Source of the DNA: Craspedostauros australis
Lineage: Eukaryota
Length of the DNA stretch: 64,000 bases
Direction of reading: 5' to 3'
Assembly: GCA_030167865.1 (NCBI GenBank)
Contig: JALAGF010000723.1
Location: 1-64,000 of the forward strand
Part shown: one piece after another, positions 60,210 through 64,000 of the stretch
Position numbering within the stretch: position 1 is the first letter of the stretch
Layout of the letters: each line of letters starts with the position of its first letter
Notes under the pieces: model-generated
What the model saw: only the letters and a program-made list of their open reading frames with translations
Database searches by the model: none
Told to the model about the DNA's origin: nothing
Translations under genes and position numbers: made by a program

Positions 60210-61625
60210 ATGAGTAGAGCAGACGCAATGAGAGCAACGATCCACTCCCGTTCTGTCTTCCGTCTCCCACTCATCGGAACGCTGTTCTTCATCTCCCAGA
60301 CGTTCATCTCGTTCCCCTCCTCGGCCTCAGGCTTCAGCATCGCCATGACGTCGTCTCCCGCTGCAACACCTGCGACGCCCGCAGGCTGGAAGACCACGCA
60401 ACGCAGCAGCGCGGCATCGATGTCCGCCATCTCCGATGACAGCGACGCCCTGCGAGACCGCACGCAGGCCATGAACCAACGCGCATCGTCGATGCAGCCA
60501 TTCACGGTATCGGAGCTGGACGGCGTCCTGCACAGCATCCAGAATGTCTATCCCTCCGATTGCGACCTCGACTCGGATGCGTTGCGCAGCCTGCTGTCGG
60601 ACGTGGCGCACGTCTCCCACAAGGATTGGGCCGTGACGGGCGCCAACAGCGAGAAGCTGCAGTCCATCCTGCTGCCGTCCATGCAGACCGACGCGGCGCG
60701 GCAGCTGTGCGATCGCATCCGGACGGAAGGCAATTGGGATGGCGCCGTCGAGCACAGGCGTGACAGTTCTGACGGCGAGCCTTGGGCCGTGCTCGTCACG
60801 GGCGTCAACGGCATTCGCAAGACGACGAGCATGTACCAGGATTGGTTTCCGGACCTTCTGCAGGAGGCGCTGGTGTGTCCGCCCACCGCGGGTACCGACA
60901 AGGATGATGCAGCAATCCCAACGTCCAGCCTGCCGTGCGGATCCAACGGTTTCTTCCGTCAGTTGGATCACATGATCGCGACGCTGTGCAACGAGGACTT
61001 TCTGCAGCTGTACGCACTGACGGCAAAGAAGATGGGCCTGTCATTGCAACAATCTAACAACGATGATGCTGATGCCACGCCGCAACCACCGAAGGAGATC
61101 GTGCAATCCTATTCCGACCTCAAGGCCGCCATCTTCACGCGCTACCGCACCTTGTCCGAACTCTTCGGAGTCGCGTTGCTGCGACATGCCCAGAAGGAAT
61201 CCCTCAATTGCATGCTGGAGACGTCGGGCAGGGACGTCGCCATGTTCCATTACGTCGACACCTTCTTCCCAACGAACTACCGCAAGCTCGCGCTGCATTT
61301 CCAGATCAACGACCTGACGCAGGCGCAGACCTCCGTCGACGCACGCATGGTGAAGGAGATTCAGACCGGCATCGTGGCCATGCGCAGCGGCGACACGAAG
61401 CAGATCATTTTGGCCAACGCCGGCGGCCCGTACGGATCGGAGGTGTTGGCGGGCGTGCAGAAGGCGTCGGATCAGGTCTGGAAGGATGAGGTCGTGTCCG
61501 ACAACGTCGGCAAGGATTGGTACAAGGCTACGATTCAGATCAATGCCTATGGCGATCAACCGTGGACGGCGCAGGCCGTGTGTCCGGATGGGACTTTGGG
61601 CACCGTTCATCCCTTTGTTCGCTGA
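60210..61625 (+). CDS. P-loop NTPase/kinase of zeta-toxin-like type with a putative signal + plastid transit peptide (about 471 aa; alternative start at 60228)
   Basis: AVLVTGVNGIRKTTS (variant Walker A) and NCMLETSGRD (hhhET strand). Hydrophobic N-terminus ends SSASG|FS and is followed by an S/T/A-rich stretch. Confidence 0.7.
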   Translation: MSRADAMRATIHSRSVFRLPLIGTLFFISQTFISFPSSASGFSIAMTSSPAATPATPAGWKTTQRSSAASMSAISDDSDALRDRTQAMNQRASSMQPFTVSELDGVLHSIQNVYPSDCDLDSDALRSLLSDVAHVSHKDWAVTGANSEKLQSILLPSMQTDAARQLCDRIRTEGNWDGAVEHRRDSSDGEPWAVLVTGVNGIRKTTSMYQDWFPDLLQEALVCPPTAGTDKDDAAIPTSSLPCGSNGFFRQLDHMIATLCNEDFLQLYALTAKKMGLSLQQSNNDDADATPQPPKEIVQSYSDLKAAIFTRYRTLSELFGVALLRHAQKESLNCMLETSGRDVAMFHYVDTFFPTNYRKLALHFQINDLTQAQTSVDARMVKEIQTGIVAMRSGDTKQIILANAGGPYGSEVLAGVQKASDQVWKDEVVSDNVGKDWYKATIQINAYGDQPWTAQAVCPDGTLGTVHPFVR

Positions 61626-62995
61626 TTCAACAAATACAGCACATATGCTCTACGTAAGCAGAGTACATGAAATAAGAGTACGAGCATTTATGCCTTGGTG
61701 AATCATACTAATAGTTGCAATTTCTTATCTCTCGTATCCATCGGGACAGGTCGCTTCTTTCGTTGGCCCCATCCCAGCAGCTGACAGAATATCTTCTCCC
61801 TCTCAACCACGCAAATGCCTGCATTCCACCGTGTCACTAAGTCTTCAGGTTCCTCGTTCCTTTCATTGACGTCAGAAGCAATCGTCCCCATCCCGTCGAG
61901 TGCTGACTTTCTTGCCAAAGAACGGCTGCGCCCCATCCAAACAACCGCATTGAAATGAATGCTTGCCACTGGCAGTTCGATTATCCTTTGGGTGTCGCCA
62001 GCCAATCCAAACGCAGCACAGCAAATTGAATATGACTATTCAATGCGGTACTCGCTTCGCCGCCCGCACGCTAATGCTTGTGTTTCTCTCCTGTTGTCCA
62101 CCACCGTCATACCATGCAGTTTCTTCTCATATTCCCTTATTCTCTTTCTATCTCACCATCAACCAATGCTCCTCATCCTCGTTGCCGTGGGCCTGTGCGC
62201 CTTCTGTGTCAAAACTCGTCACCTGATGAGACCGTCCTCGAGCAGCGCGTTTGCAACGCTACCGTCGTTTTTCTGGACCTGCGCAGACAAAACAGACTAA
62301 CCATGTACATTGCATAAGCTCCCAGATGCGAAGAAACGAAACACGGATGCGCAGGGACGGACACCACACCTCTGCTTGTCGGTAAGAGCGGCGCCCTGTG
62401 TTGCCGCATAATTGTGCGCCAGGCTTGAGTAGCATGGATGTGGACGCAGATGTGGAACGGAAAGGGCCCCAACGCAGGTGACGGATGCACCACCATATTC
62501 TGGTGTGTGTGACAAGGCAATGATGAGGCAGGACTGTGCCCCAACAGCACCAACGTCGCTGCTGCGTTGGATCATCGGAATGGATGTGACCAGGAAGTGG
62601 CGCAAGCACAAACCGCAGGAAGCGCGAAGATTCCACCTATCCCGTAAGGTCGTGAATTGGTTTCGGCGATACTCGTGACTAAGTGTACCACGTCTGAGAT
62701 ACCTCATGAGAAAGGCATGATTTGTTGCCAAAGGATCGACCATGGCGAGAGCGAGCGCAACGGCTCGGCGGCAGTCGTCTCACTGTGCGTGCTGGTGCAG
62801 CAACAAAGGACGCAAGTCACTACATCCAGGGTGCTTCTCTCTCTCCATTCCATCCACGTTGCATCCACGTTGCATCCTCATTGCATCTACGCGGCATCCA
62901 AACACACGCGCAGACACATGACATGAACGACTGGCCCGTTGACTGACGTTGACTGACCTTGGCTCACGTTGACGCACAACGGCTTGCCGGCAGTC

Positions 62996-64000
62996 ATGCC
63001 GCACAATGGCGTCGCGGAAGCTAGCGCCGGTTGGCGCAAGCACATCCAGGACAATTGGAAGCCGCTGGTGTTGGGGCAGTTCCTCAGCATGGCGATTGCG
63101 GGGATCGGCGCCACGCAAGCCACTCTGCACTTGGATTGCCATCTGTCGGCGCCCACGTTCAACATCGCCATGATCTACTTGCTGCTTGCGGTCCAGGTCG
63201 TCTTTGTGTATTGGGAGCAGCGGTATCAGCAGTTGCCGCAGCATGATCTTGCTCATGCGCTTGATCATCGTCATGCGCTTAATCATCATCATGCGCTTAA
63301 TCATCATCATGCTCTTGATGATGAATGTGATAGTGCACATGATAGTGACAATGACAGCAACACAAGTCAACACTTCCATGATGTGGACGGCAGCGTCCGA
63401 CCTCGAAGAAGAATGCAAGCACAGCATCGTGAAACGGAAGCAGAAGAAGGAACGCGCTCGGTATCTTCAACGGTGGATAACCCTATTCCTTCATCTTCCA
63501 CCAACACTGCCGATCGTGGAGCTGTGGCCACTTTGGAAAGAGCTGACAATCCGAATGAAAGCACGGGCGCAAGTGCACGCAATAGCGACGCTGCTCTTCC
63601 CGAAATGGGATTGCCAACAACGACGGCAACATCAACGAGCACTTCTCAATCTTACTCGTATGGTGACGGTGCCAACGAAGACGGCGATCACCATGTGACA
63701 ACGATTCGACCAGCCGGGTTCTTCATCCCGGCCTCCGCGCCGATCTATCCGCTTCGCATCTTTCAGCACACCATCCTGCATCTGCATCGCCCATTCTGGA
63801 TGTACATGATCCTGGCCTTCCTGGACGTCGAAGCGAATTACTGCTCCTACGTTGCATTTCGATACACGACCCTCACCTCCGTCACGCTTCTGGACAGCTT
63901 GGCGATCCCCACCGCGATGATCGTCTCATCGGTCTGCCTCAAACGTCGCTACACGCGCAATCACGTCCTCGCCGTCCTCGTCTGCATGACCGGCGTCACG
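62996..64000 (+). CDS. SLC35F1/F2-like (DMT superfamily) solute carrier, 3' end beyond the window
   Basis: Absent from the ORF track because there is no stop in the window. Manual translation from ATG 62996 gives LVLGQFLS, SAPTF, YMILAFLDVEANY, AFRYTTLTSVTLLDSLAIP and LKRRY...H...VLVC, all typical of SLC35F1/F2. Confidence 0.88.
   Translation, partial: MPHNGVAEASAGWRKHIQDNWKPLVLGQFLSMAIAGIGATQATLHLDCHLSAPTFNIAMIYLLLAVQVVFVYWEQRYQQLPQHDLAHALDHRHALNHHHALNHHHALDDECDSAHDSDNDSNTSQHFHDVDGSVRPRRRMQAQHRETEAEEGTRSVSSTVDNPIPSSSTNTADRGAVATLERADNPNESTGASARNSDAALPEMGLPTTTATSTSTSQSYSYGDGANEDGDHHVTTIRPAGFFIPASAPIYPLRIFQHTILHLHRPFWMYMILAFLDVEANYCSYVAFRYTTLTSVTLLDSLAIPTAMIVSSVCLKRRYTRNHVLAVLVCMTGVT

Overview
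Eukaryotic nuclear DNA, most likely from a diatom (inference from GT-AG introns, signal peptide + Phe plastid-targeting presequences, three DUF6824-type genes, a membrane cyclase-phosphodiesterase fusion and abundant microsatellites). About 13 well-supported protein genes: a 2-exon sideroflexin; a 6-exon receptor-type nucleotide cyclase/PDE fusion (1180 aa after splicing); a small KH protein; a GNAT-like/PhzF fusion; a CRAL-TRIO-like/DUF6824 protein; a 2-exon secreted sulfatase with a DxDxDG-repeat tail; a 2002-aa coiled-coil protein; an unknown 546-aa protein; two DUF6824 paralogues; a plastid-targeted formate/nitrite transporter; a putatively plastid-targeted zeta-toxin-like P-loop protein; and an SLC35F-like transporter cut by the window end. 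There is also one possible small gene and a decayed, CpG-depleted Tc1/mariner-type transposase. The best leads are a cluster of seven TGACGT elements upstream of the FNT gene, the domain fusions, the DUF6824 cluster, and an in-frame poly-Gln tail behind a TGA stop. All family calls come from motif recognition by eye; no searches were run. No tRNA, rRNA or CRISPR array was recognised, and nothing here is proven to be a new system.
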